From Acidimicrobiia bacterium (GTDB lineage Bacteria > Actinomycetota > Acidimicrobiia > Spongiisociales > Spongiisociaceae), in assembly GCA_041576165.1 (NCBI GenBank), contig JBFGLM010000016.1:25301-89300 (forward strand): a stretch of 64,000 bases of DNA. The letters are read 5' to 3'. A model generated the notes under the pieces. That model had not been told where the DNA came from. It was given only the letters and a program-made list of their open reading frames with translations, and made no database searches. The stretch's first letter is position 1. The number at the start of each line of letters is the position of its first letter. Both the position numbers and the translations under genes were made by a program. This document shows positions 22,029-31,943 of the stretch, piece after piece.

Positions 22029-22946
22029 TCAAGAAACTGGGACATACCCGCTCGCCTCAACTACGGCGCGGCCCTGATCGGTGCTCAGCCAGTCGCGCAG
22101 TAGGCGGGCGGTGTCATCGGGCGGGGTCGACGCCCGGAGAACCCCATACACCTCTGTGATGAGCGGGTATTCCCCGGATCTGATCGTAGACGAGTCGGGC
22201 TCAACACCCTGGATCCGTACTAGGCGGATCTCGTCGTTGGCCAGCATCTCGGTTGCGAAGAAATAGACCGAAAAGCCGATGCCATCAACATCCCGACTGA
22301 TGGCATCGAATGGGGCCATCATGGAGGGGAGCATCATGTTCGGCGCGTCGATCATCGGGATGTCGCCCATCACGAGGCTCTTCATGAGCACCTGGCTTCC
22401 AGAGGTTTCATTACGTTGGTACGGCTGAATGGGCCGGTCCCCGCCGCCCAGCTCTGCCCAGGTCGTTATCGATCCTGAGAAGATTCCCCGGATCTGGTCT
22501 AGGTCCAACTCCTCGACCGAGTTGGCCTCATTGACAAGGAAGACGAAGCCGTCCAGCGCGACCGGAGCGATCTCGAACTCAACGTCATTGGTCGCTGCCA
22601 GGTCGAGCTCGTCGTCGGACGGCAGCCGGGCGGTCAAGATCAGGTCGGCCCTACCCTCCGCCAGGGCCACGTACGAACCATGAGTCCCGGACGATGGGAC
22701 GACTTCTCGGAACACGTCAGACAGCGCGTCGTCGGACGCGAGGACATGGCGTGACCCGTCCATGAACGTCTCCCACCCGCAGGCGACATCGAGAAGGGCA
22801 CAACCGATGAACATCCGCACCGGCAACGTCGAGGTGGACCCATTCATCACGGGAATGTCCGCCGCGATCCGCTCGGCCAGAACATCCTCGCCCCCGGCAT
22901 CGTCCAGTCCTCCCCCACACGCGGCGACCGTCAACACGGCAGCCAT
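22029..22946 (-). CDS. PstS-like substrate-binding lipoprotein
   Basis: VAAC lipobox, NGSTSTLP, SGTHGSY, YQRNETSGSQ, GEYPL; start could be as far upstream as 23015. Confidence 0.85.
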   Translation of the reverse strand: MAAVLTVAACGGGLDDAGGEDVLAERIAADIPVMNGSTSTLPVRMFIGCALLDVACGWETFMDGSRHVLASDDALSDVFREVVPSSGTHGSYVALAEGRADLILTARLPSDDELDLAATNDVEFEIAPVALDGFVFLVNEANSVEELDLDQIRGIFSGSITTWAELGGGDRPIQPYQRNETSGSQVLMKSLVMGDIPMIDAPNMMLPSMMAPFDAISRDVDGIGFSVYFFATEMLANDEIRLVRIQGVEPDSSTIRSGEYPLITEVYGVLRASTPPDDTARLLRDWLSTDQGRAVVEASGYVPVS

Positions 22947-23128
22947 GAGCCACGCGACCGCTCGGATGGCGCCTCCTCTCGTCAGGCAGGCCATTCTGGA
23001 CGCCGCGGTGCGCAACCTGGACTTCGAGGCTCCGTCCCCGACGGCCGAGCGTGATAATGGGTGACCCGGTGGGCCCGCCCTCGGTACGCTCGCGCAGCCT
23101 GACGACAGCAGCCAACCGGGAGATCGAA

Positions 23129-23971
23129 ATGAAGTTCGGGTATTTCGGTTTGCACAAGGGACCGGGGATCGAACCCGACACGCTTGCCCGCCGGGCCCGA
23201 GCCGCCGAGGAAGCAGGCTTCGAGTCGCTCTGGGTCGGCGACCACATTGCCCTGCCGCGGGATATGCCCGGCGCCACCGAACCGCGTCTCGAAGCCCTCG
23301 CCGCGCTGACCTATCTTGCCGCCACCACCTCTTCGGTGCGCCTGGCGGCTGGGGTTCTGGTGGTCCCGCAGCGGCACCCGGTGCTCCTCTCCAAGCAACT
23401 AGCCTCGCTCGATGTGCTGTCGCGGGGGCGGCTGATCGTTGGCGTCGGCGTGGGCCATGTCGAGGCCGAACTCGCAGCGCTTGGGGTTCGGATGGCCGAG
23501 CGCGGTCGTCGGACCGACGAATACCTGGCGAAGATGGTGCAGCTCTGGACTAGGCCAACCGAGGTCGACAGTGCAGCGGATGGCAACCGCGTGGTTCAGC
23601 ACCCGGGACCCATCCAAGTCCCGCATCCACCGATCGTGGTAGGAGGCCATTCTGTAGCTGCACTGGCTCGAGCCACCCGGATGGCCACGGGTTGGTTCGG
23701 GTGGCTCACACCCATCGACGAGACTCGGGACCTGATCCAGCGGCTCGAGGATCTGGCGGGATCCGGGAGACGTCCACACACTCTCGGATCCCTCGAGATC
23801 ACCGTTGCCGCCCCTGGTGAGGTCACGCTCGACACCGTGGCGGAATACCAGCTCATCGGCGTCGATCGCATCGTCGTCGGTCCCGACACGGGCGAGGGCG
23901 ACGAACCAGACCGCTTCATAGAGAACTTCGAACGCAGCGTGATCGCACACCAGCCAGACCCCGATGGGTGA
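23129..23971 (+). CDS. LLM-class (probably F420-dependent) oxidoreductase
   Basis: AEEAGFESLWVGDH, PQRHPVLLSKQLASLDVLSRGR, PPIVVGG. Confidence 0.9.
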   Translation: MKFGYFGLHKGPGIEPDTLARRARAAEEAGFESLWVGDHIALPRDMPGATEPRLEALAALTYLAATTSSVRLAAGVLVVPQRHPVLLSKQLASLDVLSRGRLIVGVGVGHVEAELAALGVRMAERGRRTDEYLAKMVQLWTRPTEVDSAADGNRVVQHPGPIQVPHPPIVVGGHSVAALARATRMATGWFGWLTPIDETRDLIQRLEDLAGSGRRPHTLGSLEITVAAPGEVTLDTVAEYQLIGVDRIVVGPDTGEGDEPDRFIENFERSVIAHQPDPDG

Positions 23972-24012
23972 CTCGCGATGGGCACTCGCAACGCCAGCAT
24001 GACCCCGCCGGC

Positions 24013-24163
24013 GGAGGGCGTGGTTGACATGGGCGCCTACGGCACCGGCAAAACCCCGGTCGTCGAGAGATGGTCGACTTGGTTGAGAGGGCGCAGATCC
24101 CTATGCGCGATCGGGCTGGCAGCGCGAGACATCCTCGCCTGGCTCGGCTGGATCGAACGCTAG
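24013..24163 (+). pseudogene. Remnant of a P-loop nucleotide kinase-like gene
   Basis: GAYGTGKT Walker A followed, after a frameshift, by MVDLVERAQIP; no full-length ORF. Confidence 0.45.
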
Positions 24164-24240
24164 CGGCCGGGCGGAGTCCAGCTCGCCGCCAACCCGTCAG
24201 GCGCCAGCGGTGTATCACGGGCAGCCAGCAAAACGAGCAA

Positions 24241-24737
24241 GTAACGAGGGCCGGAGTATTCGCAGTCGCTCTAGTGGTGGTATCGGCTGCCCTGAATGCC
24301 GGAAACGCCTTCGCCAAAGTGGACCTGGTCGGTGCGAGCATCGTGGGCCCGCGACTCAGCAGCGGCCTCCAGATCGAGGCCCCCCCTCGCGGGGCATGGG
24401 GGAATCTGGGATTGACATCGCCGGTGTCCTGGACGACGCCTCGGCCGCCTCGCTCGAGGAGCTGGGGCTCGACGCTCTCGACCTGGGCCCCCGGTACCTC
24501 GTCACCTACTGGTTCACCGGAAGCGACGTCGTCCGACGGGCCATGTACCCGTACGCCCGGGGCGGGCCGGTCACCCACACCCCACCCGGCCAAGAGTTGA
24601 CGAGACTCTTGAGCGACGGCGACACATCACCCGTTACCACCGGTTGGTACCAGACCTCCGCCGGCTTCTTCCGGTACCTCGTGGAGGTGGGCCTGCCCCA
24701 CCGGATGCGATCGATGACCCAGCCGGCGGTCTGGTGA
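24241..24737 (+). pseudogene. Frameshifted secreted hypothetical protein
   Basis: Signal-peptide-like TRAGVFAVALVVVSAALNAGNAFAK in one frame, then ...LGPRYLVTYWF...YPYARGGPVTHTPPGQ...GWY in another; junction near the C7 run at 24380-24386; no clear start codon. Confidence 0.55.
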
Positions 24738-24823
24738 TGAGAGGGCCTCGATCTCGAGCAGTAGGCGGTGATTGTCATGGCATCCGAGATCGACGGATTC
24801 TTCCAAGGTCGTCCGGAGCCTCG

Positions 24824-25645
24824 CTACTCGAGGAAGTCGACCAGGTCCAGCCCGGTCGCCAGCCCGTCCATGATCTCCCGATCACCGAGAGGCTGGGGCA
24901 GCTCGACGGTGACAGACTGCTCGGGGTTGCTCGGACAAGACTGGTCCCCGGGCAGCGGTCGAGCCGCAAATGCGATGAGCACTTGCCTGCCTGTCACAAC
25001 GACTTCGGGACCCAGCATGCGGTCGTCCATCGGTAGTCCGCTGGCGCAGTCCTACTCCGTGACCAACACCGGGATCGAGGTGCTTTCGGGGCTGAGCGGC
25101 GGCCCAGCGGGGTCGATCCGCCATTCGACGACGCCGAGACCCGCAGGCAGTAGCGTCTGCAGGGGGCAGGGACCACCGGATGACGCTCCGGCCCGCCGCC
25201 AAGAGCCGTTCTGCGATTCAAGATTCATGAACGAGACGCCCCCGGTCGCGGAATCGTGGTGAACGATCAGTACCGTCTGTTCGGTTGCGTGCAGGACCCG
25301 CCAGCCATCCTGGGGCCAGAATTGACCCTCCTCGTTGCCGAGGAAGCTTTGCACGGCGTCCTCGAGACCCGGCAGCTCGGCATCATCGATCGGCAGCACT
25401 TCCTCCAGCGCAGCGGCTGGGAATGAAGGGCCGGCCCGACAGCCAACGGTGACATCTGGCGACAAGCCGCCGTCGACATCGGGCATGACGATGACGTGCA
25501 GATCAGCATCCGATTCGACAGGCACATCGGCGCTCTCGGCGGCCGTCGCCCGACTACCGCCTACCTCACCGACCGGGCCCCCACACGCCGCCAGCAACAG
25601 GACCATGGCGCCGACCACCGATGCGATTCGAATCCTCACGAGCAC
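24824..25645 (-). pseudogene. Lipoprotein interrupted by an in-frame TAG at 25052-25054
   Basis: LAAC lipobox; ORFs 25052-25645 and 24824-25030 share a frame: ...PVLVTE*DCASGLPMDDR...QSCPSNPEQSVTVELPQPLGDREIMDG. Confidence 0.75.
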
Positions 25646-25667
25646 CCTTCATCCCCACCGAGGATAC

Positions 25668-25695
25668 GACGCCCCGCTCGCATCGCCGGGTTCCC
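25668..25695 (-). promoter_or_regulatory. Candidate ECF-sigma promoter for the lipoprotein gene
   Basis: Minus strand GGGAAC-N18-CGTC, about 20 nt upstream of the start; resembles actinobacterial GGAAC...CGT ECF promoters. Confidence 0.4.
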
Positions 25696-25811
25696 TCCTC
25701 CGCCATTCATGTACCGGAGCCACCACGTCCAACATGAACCGAGACCGCAAACCCCTATGCGATGTCGACGGCGATTTCGAGTTTCGTACACCGCAGTCAA
25801 CCTGAGACGCC

Positions 25812-25838
25812 AGAAACCCCCGCCTGAGCAGGGGTTCT
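25812..25838 (-). terminator. Hairpin downstream of tRNA-Ala
   Basis: Imperfect GC stem, aacccc(c)gc / gc(a)ggggtt, followed by a T-containing tail on the minus strand. Confidence 0.55.
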
Positions 25839-25846
25839 CCGTTACG

Positions 25847-25919
<73 letters not shown>

Positions 25920-26008
25920 GGGATCGCTGGCGGTGCAGCCTCGAGCCGACCGGAGCGAGACGACATCGTACCAGTAAACCGCAACGTTTCCAGATCGATT
26001 GAACGCAA

Positions 26009-26386
26009 TCAGGCGCTGTCGGACACCGGGGCCGGCGCCCATTCGATCTTGGGCGCATCGCCCCACAGCCGCTCCAGCGAGTAGAACTCGCGCATCTCCG
26101 GCTGGAACAGGTGGACGACCAGATCTCCGTAGTCGAGGAGGACCCACTCCCCTTCTCCCCGACCTTCCACGCGGAGAGGGCGGCGGTCGACGTCCCGCAA
26201 CTTCTCTTCGACCGCTTCGGCCAGCGTCTGGACCTGGCGGCGCGACATCCCGGTCGCGACAAGAAAAACATCGACGATGCGAAGGGTGTCTGAGACGTCG
26301 AGGATGATGAGATCCGTCCCCTTCTTGTCGTCGATGGCGTCGGCGGCCATGAGGGCCAGGTCGGCAGCGACATCTTGTTCAGTAAT
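26009..26386 (-). CDS. rsfS: Ribosome silencing factor RsfS
   Basis: AIDDKKG, RVEG..EGEWVLLDYGDLVVHLF..EMREFYSLERLWGDAP; start is either ATG at 26350 or ATT at 26386. Confidence 0.93.
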   Translation of the reverse strand: MTEQDVAADLALMAADAIDDKKGTDLIILDVSDTLRIVDVFLVATGMSRRQVQTLAEAVEEKLRDVDRRPLRVEGRGEGEWVLLDYGDLVVHLFQPEMREFYSLERLWGDAPKIEWAPAPVSDSA

Positions 26387-26390
26387 GCGT

Positions 26391-27650
26391 TCAACCTCCG
26401 ATCGGGGCTAGGTCTTGACCCACGATGATAGTGAGATCTACGACGCCACTGGGCTGGCGCACCTCCACCGCAACCTGACCGATACCGATGATGTCCTGCA
26501 CCGCGATGGCCGACTCCTGGTTCTCTCGGCCATGTGCGATCACTCGTGTCTCGTCGTAATCGAGTCGATCGGCGTTGTCGGTGAGGATGATCCGGTAGCC
26601 GCGCCGGATCAGGTTTGCGGCTATCGGCCGGACCGATCCGATGACTCCGTTGCCGTTCAACACCTCAACCCGCACCCGGGGCTCTTCGGCCAGCTGCAGG
26701 TAGGGAAGGCTCTCCGCGACAAAGGACGCCGCCACCTCGCCGCTCAGCTGGTACCGCTCTTCTCCGCCGGTCGGCTCGATACGGGTGGCAGGCACCGCGG
26801 TGACCACAGCATCGACCGCAGCGGCGGTCAAGGCCGCTCGAGCGGCATCCAGGTCACCCCCGGCGTATTGGAGCAACCGTTCGATCATTGGCGGGTCGGC
26901 CGCCTCCAGCACTGCCCGCCATACGGCACCCTGGCGTTCGAGCCACGTCAATTCGTCGTCCGTACCTCTATCGGTGAGCAGTCGTGCGATCTGGTCTGCG
27001 CTGCGGAGTGACTCTCCCGGCGCGATGACGACCACCTGCGCATCGCCGTCTTGGCGGAATAGCGGGTCGGCGATCGCGATCATGAGCTCTTCGGCCACGG
27101 CCCCGGTCACAGCATCGACGTCGAGAGCGATTGCCGCGTCAATCCTCACTCCGAGCAGGTTGGCGACCGTGTTTTCGAGTAGGCCGATACCGTCGAACCG
27201 GGTGGCGTTGGCGAGAGTGTTCTCCCCGAATCCGGGAAGCGTTGACAGGATCGAAGGTTGCAGGAGAACCAACCGGGGAGCCGCCTGCTCGGCTGCGGCC
27301 AGCAGCCCGATCGATGTGGCCTGGCCATCCGGCCCTGTCACGGCAATCAGAAGCGAGGCGCCGTCGGCAGGGACCGGCTCGGGACCGGGAGCATCAGCGG
27401 AATCTTCTTCCCGGCCGGTCAGCAGAGAGGTGATCGCAACCGTCAACCATACGATCGCCACCGCGATGAGAAGCGCACCCACAACCTTCCCGCGGACCCG
27501 ACGGGCGTGGCGGCGTCTGTCGCGCCGGGTGATATCTGCGCGCGGCTCCGGGCTGGCCGCAACCGTCCCAGATGAACGACGGCGGCCGGTTGTGGGCGCT
27601 ACGCGGACGCCGCGCTTGCGTCGCCGGCGACGGTGCTGCGGCTCACTCAT
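26391..27650 (-). CDS. LCP-like membrane protein with a LytR C-terminal domain
   Basis: Basic N-terminus and a TM segment; C-terminal VRVEVLNGNG...DLTIIVGQD; located between nadD and rsfS. Confidence 0.8.
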   Translation of the reverse strand: MSEPQHRRRRRKRGVRVAPTTGRRRSSGTVAASPEPRADITRRDRRRHARRVRGKVVGALLIAVAIVWLTVAITSLLTGREEDSADAPGPEPVPADGASLLIAVTGPDGQATSIGLLAAAEQAAPRLVLLQPSILSTLPGFGENTLANATRFDGIGLLENTVANLLGVRIDAAIALDVDAVTGAVAEELMIAIADPLFRQDGDAQVVVIAPGESLRSADQIARLLTDRGTDDELTWLERQGAVWRAVLEAADPPMIERLLQYAGGDLDAARAALTAAAVDAVVTAVPATRIEPTGGEERYQLSGEVAASFVAESLPYLQLAEEPRVRVEVLNGNGVIGSVRPIAANLIRRGYRIILTDNADRLDYDETRVIAHGRENQESAIAVQDIIGIGQVAVEVRQPSGVVDLTIIVGQDLAPIGG

Positions 27651-28224
27651 ACAAACGGTGCTCCGTGATGTATCGCCACACCGGGTCCCGCACCAAGAAC
27701 CGGACGCTCAGGCCCGCAGCGGCACGCGCTCTGAGCATCGTCCCACTGATCCCGATCTCCGGAGTGTCCAGCCACGTGACCGAGTCCGGTACAGCAGATT
27801 CCACCATCTCCTGGCTGGTTCCGGGGCGGCGTATCACCGCAAGGCGGACGCGTTTGAGCACATCGTCCACCCGGTGCCACGTGGGTATCCGGGTGGCGGC
27901 GTCTGCCCCGAGAATGAGCGTCAGCTCCTCCGCCTCGTCAAACGACTGGAGCGTGTCCGCTGTGAAGGTCCATCCGTCGCGGTCAACCTCACGCGAATCC
28001 GCCTCGAAGTACTCAACCCCATCGACGGACGCTCTGGTCATCTCCCAGCGATGCGCAGGCGCTGAAACCTGCCGGTCGGCCTTCTGCCAGGGCGCTCCCG
28101 CCGGAAGCAGCGTGATCACATCTAGTCCGAGCTGCCGGTAGGCCGCCTCGCCTGCCATCAGATGAGCTAGATGCGGCGGGTCGAACGTCCCGCCCAGGAT
28201 GCCGCGTTGCACGGCGGGGAGCAT
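27643..28224 (-). CDS. nadD: Nicotinate-nucleotide adenylyltransferase
   Basis: GILGGTFDPPHLAHL, ILGADA, ISGT.LR, YITEHRLY. Confidence 0.95.
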   Translation of the reverse strand: MLPAVQRGILGGTFDPPHLAHLMAGEAAYRQLGLDVITLLPAGAPWQKADRQVSAPAHRWEMTRASVDGVEYFEADSREVDRDGWTFTADTLQSFDEAEELTLILGADAATRIPTWHRVDDVLKRVRLAVIRRPGTSQEMVESAVPDSVTWLDTPEIGISGTMLRARAAAGLSVRFLVRDPVWRYITEHRLYE

Positions 28225-28741
28225 AGGCGGCAGCGCTCGGTGGCGGGACGAGGTAGACCCCACCAGCCGGTCCCCGTGCCTTGCAGCCCAGGTACTGCAT
28301 CGGATCCACGTATGTCCCGTCGACCCTCACCGAGAAGTGCAGGCCGTCCGAGTCATGCGCTCGCCCGGTGGAGCCCAATCCGGCACCCCGAGTCACCGAG
28401 GCGCCGCGTCGGACTGTGAGTTCGGATAGATACGAATACGACGTCTTCAACCCCCCGCCGTGGTCCAGGGTGACGGTGAGGTTGTGGGCAACGCTCCCGG
28501 CAAAGGTCACGGTGCCTTCTGCCGAGGCCCGGACCCGGGTCCCGGGCGGGGCTGCCATATCGATTCCCCAGTGCCCGGCGTAGCGGCCGACCGGGGCATA
28601 CGGCTCGATGACTCGCCCCGGCACAGGCCGGTCGAGCCCGACACAGCTGGTGCCGGTTCCGCCGGGATCCGTGACAGGCGCGGACAAGCCGAGAATGGTG
28701 GCAGACAACGCCGCTGAGAGCGTCACGAGTGGGCGCAGCAT
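28013..28741 (-). CDS. M23 family metallopeptidase
   Basis: Signal peptide, GHWGID, V.ASAEGTV.FAG, LHFSVR...YVDP; a low-complexity tail overlaps nadD. Confidence 0.8.
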   Translation of the reverse strand: MLRPLVTLSAALSATILGLSAPVTDPGGTGTSCVGLDRPVPGRVIEPYAPVGRYAGHWGIDMAAPPGTRVRASAEGTVTFAGSVAHNLTVTLDHGGGLKTSYSYLSELTVRRGASVTRGAGLGSTGRAHDSDGLHFSVRVDGTYVDPMQYLGCKARGPAGGVYLVPPPSAAAYAPRRATRHPGRDVRPAASSSSDGRRGGLPAARTRCDHAASGGSALAEGRPAGFSACASLGDDQSVRRWG

Positions 28742-28826
28742 GGAACCTCCGGCCCTCCCGCCATACCCAACCTAGCGGGATTGGTGAGGTGCCGGAAGAG
28801 GTTCGGAGCGCCGCCTACCGGCCGGA

Positions 28827-29228
28827 TCAACCGGCGACGTTGGGCACGGACCGCAGCCCGCGAGCGGCCAGCAGGCTCAGAACCTCCTGGCGAAAGACGT
28901 TGGGCTGGAAGGGCTTGGTGACGAATGAGTCGGCCCCGCCTTCGTCGGCCCGGCGCCGTGACTCCTCTTCGGCGTGCGCCGTCAACACGAGGACTGGGAG
29001 CTTCTTGGTCTGCTCGTTCGAGCGCAGTCGGTCGAGTACCTCCCAACCATCCATCTCGGGCAGTCCGATGTCGAGCACGAGCAGGTCGGGGGACTCTTTG
29101 AGCGCCGCTTCGAGGCCCGAGGGCCCGTCTTCACGCATGAGGATGTCGAGGTTGGCGGGACGTAGACACACCTCGATCAGGCGGCGAATGACCGCCGAAT
29201 CTTCAACCACGAGTACCCGGTTGCCCAC
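28827..29228 (-). CDS. Single-domain response regulator (CheY-like)
   Basis: VLVVEDS, LLVLDIGLPEMDG, LTA, FVTKPF. Confidence 0.92.
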   Translation of the reverse strand: MGNRVLVVEDSAVIRRLIEVCLRPANLDILMREDGPSGLEAALKESPDLLVLDIGLPEMDGWEVLDRLRSNEQTKKLPVLVLTAHAEEESRRRADEGGADSFVTKPFQPNVFRQEVLSLLAARGLRSVPNVAG

Positions 29229-29442
29229 GTGAATCCTCCGGTGCCTTCTGAGCGTCCAGTCACGATCGACCGCGTGACGTAGATCAACTATCGGCATCGC
29301 AGCCACCACACTTTATGCGCCATACAACCACTACGCGCCGGGCGAACCGCAACCAGCCCGCAACGCCCTTGGCCGCTTGGAGGTGGCCGTGGCCCGGGAA
29401 CCCAGCTGACGTCCTGGCCGGCAGGCGGGTGCACAAGGCGGG

Positions 29443-30906
29443 CTAGTCCACTGCGGTCCGATGACGGGGGGCGGGTCTGAACGTCGGGATCACCATGTCC
29501 TCGATGAACTGCTCGAGCTGCCGCAGATTCCGCACCTCGTAGACATTGGTGCAGTAATCGGCGTAGCTGCGCATCACCGAGTCGCCGGTGTTCCAGTAAC
29601 CGGTCGGCTCCGGATTGAGCCAGTACACCGCCCGCACCTCAGCGGCGATCTTTCCCAACAGCTCTGCTTTGGGCGGCCGGTAGTTATTGCGGGCGTCCCC
29701 GGTGATGATCACAGCCGACCGGGGCGTCAACTGGTCGCCATAACGGTCCCAGAACATCTCGAGTGAATTGCCGTAGTCGCTGTGGCCGTCGAGCCACACC
29801 ACCTTGGCTTCCGCAGTCACCCGCGCCAACGCTTCTTCGAAGTCGCGTGCCTCGTCGAAATAGCGAGTCGTTTCGTCCAGCGCATCGACGAAGACAAAGG
29901 ACCGCAACTTCGAGAACTGTGACGACATGGCATAGACGAACTGCAGCGTGAAGCGGGCAAATGTCGCCATCGAGCCGCTGATGTCGCACAAGAGGAAGAC
30001 CTCTGGTCGGGACGGTCGCGGGGATCGGAACTGGGGGTTCATCGGTACGCCGCCCGTCGAAAGCGACCTGCGCACCGTCTTGCGGAAGTCGAGACGCCCA
30101 TGCCGGAACCTCTTGCGGCGCTGAGCCAGACGAGCAGCCAGCTTGCGGGTGAGGGGATGGACGGCCTGCTCGATCTGCCGCAGCTCGACACGGGTCGCGT
30201 GCATCAGATCCAGATCTTCGATCAGCGGCTTGCGCAGCGTCTTGGCCACCGCCTCTCGCCCGCGATCGGCCACCAATCGCCGGCGGATCTCGGCTCGCAC
30301 CTCCTCGCGGAACTGTTCGAGCCGGGCCTCGTACTCTTCTTGCGCCAGCCGGGAGTCGAACTCGCTGAGATCTTCGGGCGTGCCCTCCATGAGGCGCTGC
30401 ACGAGATCGTCGGCAGACAGCTGACGGAGCGTGCGATACAGGTAATAGGTGCCGCCCACCGGCCGGCCCCGCTCCATGCCCGCTAGTTGATCTACCGCCC
30501 GGCGGGCGATGCTCCGCATCAGCTCACGGTCATTGCCCACCAGGGCCATCATCAATGCCTGCAACAGCTCGTCCAGGTCGGATTCGCCCCCGCCCCGGCC
30601 GCCTCCGCTGCCGGGATGGCCCCGTCCGCCGTCGCCGGATTCGGCTCCCCCGGCGCCTGCGACCTGCTCTTCGGCAGGCGGGAATGACCGATCGAGCGCA
30701 AAGAAGACTTCGAACGCCGTCTCGAACGCCTCGTAATGGCGCGCATTCTTCACCAGCGTTGCGCCGAGCGCCGCTTTGAAGGCCTGGCGGTCCGACAGGT
30801 CTGTGTGACCGAGAGCCTCGAGAGCATCGATCGCTTCCACCATCGAGACCGGAATACCGACCTCCCGAAGCTCCTGAATGAAGCCGGCCAGGACGTCGAG
30901 CAACAT
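29443..30906 (-). CDS. CoxE-like VWA domain protein
   Basis: LCDISGSM MIDAS motif, GHSDYG, GDARNN, YWLNPEP, EVRNLRQL. Confidence 0.9.
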   Translation of the reverse strand: MLLDVLAGFIQELREVGIPVSMVEAIDALEALGHTDLSDRQAFKAALGATLVKNARHYEAFETAFEVFFALDRSFPPAEEQVAGAGGAESGDGGRGHPGSGGGRGGGESDLDELLQALMMALVGNDRELMRSIARRAVDQLAGMERGRPVGGTYYLYRTLRQLSADDLVQRLMEGTPEDLSEFDSRLAQEEYEARLEQFREEVRAEIRRRLVADRGREAVAKTLRKPLIEDLDLMHATRVELRQIEQAVHPLTRKLAARLAQRRKRFRHGRLDFRKTVRRSLSTGGVPMNPQFRSPRPSRPEVFLLCDISGSMATFARFTLQFVYAMSSQFSKLRSFVFVDALDETTRYFDEARDFEEALARVTAEAKVVWLDGHSDYGNSLEMFWDRYGDQLTPRSAVIITGDARNNYRPPKAELLGKIAAEVRAVYWLNPEPTGYWNTGDSVMRSYADYCTNVYEVRNLRQLEQFIEDMVIPTFRPAPRHRTAVD

Positions 30907-31796
30907 CAGAGCTGCGGTTCGGGTTCCTCGGGCGCCGGCACCTCGAGGTCGGCGGCCACCTTGTCGATGTCGCCCTGGTGCTTCAGAAGCACATGCAGTG
31001 TGTCCGTCACGACCTCGGGATCGATTGCAGAAACGCCGAGCGACAGCAACGTGCGAGCCCAGTCGATCGACTCAGATACGGACGGCGCCTTCTTCAACGT
31101 GAACTGGCGGATGCTGCGCACCACGCGGGCAATCTGCTCACCGAAATCCTCGGTGAGTCCCGGCACACGGGCCAGCAAGATCTCCTTCTCCCGGTCGACG
31201 TCCGGATAGGTGATGTGGAGGAACAGGCAGCGGCGCTTGAGGGCTTCGGACAGCTCTCTGGTGTTGTTCGACGTCAGCAACACCAGCGGCTGGCTGTTGG
31301 CCCGCACCGTACCCAGCTCAGGGATGGAGATCTGAAAATCGGACAGCACCTCGAGCAGCAACGCTTCCGTCTCGACTTCAACCCGATCCACTTCGTCGAT
31401 GAGGAGCACGATTGGAGCCTCCGACCGGATGGCTTCGAGTAGCGGTCGGGTGAGCAGGAAGTCTTCGGTGAAGATATCGTCCTCCAATTCCTGCCACGAA
31501 GACCCCCGATCGGCCTGAATCCGCAGAAGCTGCTTCTTGTAGTTCCACTCATAGATCGCTTTGGCTTCGTCGAGGCCCTCGTAGCACTGGAGGCGCACGA
31601 GCCGGCGACCATGGATGGCCGCCAGTGCCTTCGCCAGTTCGGTCTTACCCACACCGGCCGGGCCTTCCACGAGCACAGGCTTGCCCAGCTGCTCGGCGAG
31701 ATACACGACCTGGCTGATGCGTTCATCGGCGAGATAGTCGACAGATTTCAGGGCGTCCCGCACCTCGGCCGGAGAGGCGAAGGGCTCGGCGGTCAT
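30906..31796 (-). CDS. MoxR family AAA+ ATPase (CoxD-like)
   Basis: EGPAGVGKT, RLQCYEGLDE, LLIDEVDR, SEALKRRC. Confidence 0.93.
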   Translation of the reverse strand: MTAEPFASPAEVRDALKSVDYLADERISQVVYLAEQLGKPVLVEGPAGVGKTELAKALAAIHGRRLVRLQCYEGLDEAKAIYEWNYKKQLLRIQADRGSSWQELEDDIFTEDFLLTRPLLEAIRSEAPIVLLIDEVDRVEVETEALLLEVLSDFQISIPELGTVRANSQPLVLLTSNNTRELSEALKRRCLFLHITYPDVDREKEILLARVPGLTEDFGEQIARVVRSIRQFTLKKAPSVSESIDWARTLLSLGVSAIDPEVVTDTLHVLLKHQGDIDKVAADLEVPAPEEPEPQL

Positions 31797-31943
31797 GCCG
31801 CACCTGCCCGGTGGGCAGACGCGCAGTGGCCATCTGACAGAACGTGCATCTGGTGGAGTGTACCCGTCCTCGGGCTGCGCCAACTGTGGACGGTTCCGCA
31901 GACGGATTACGCTATCCGGCACTGAATTCCGAGACGGACAGAC

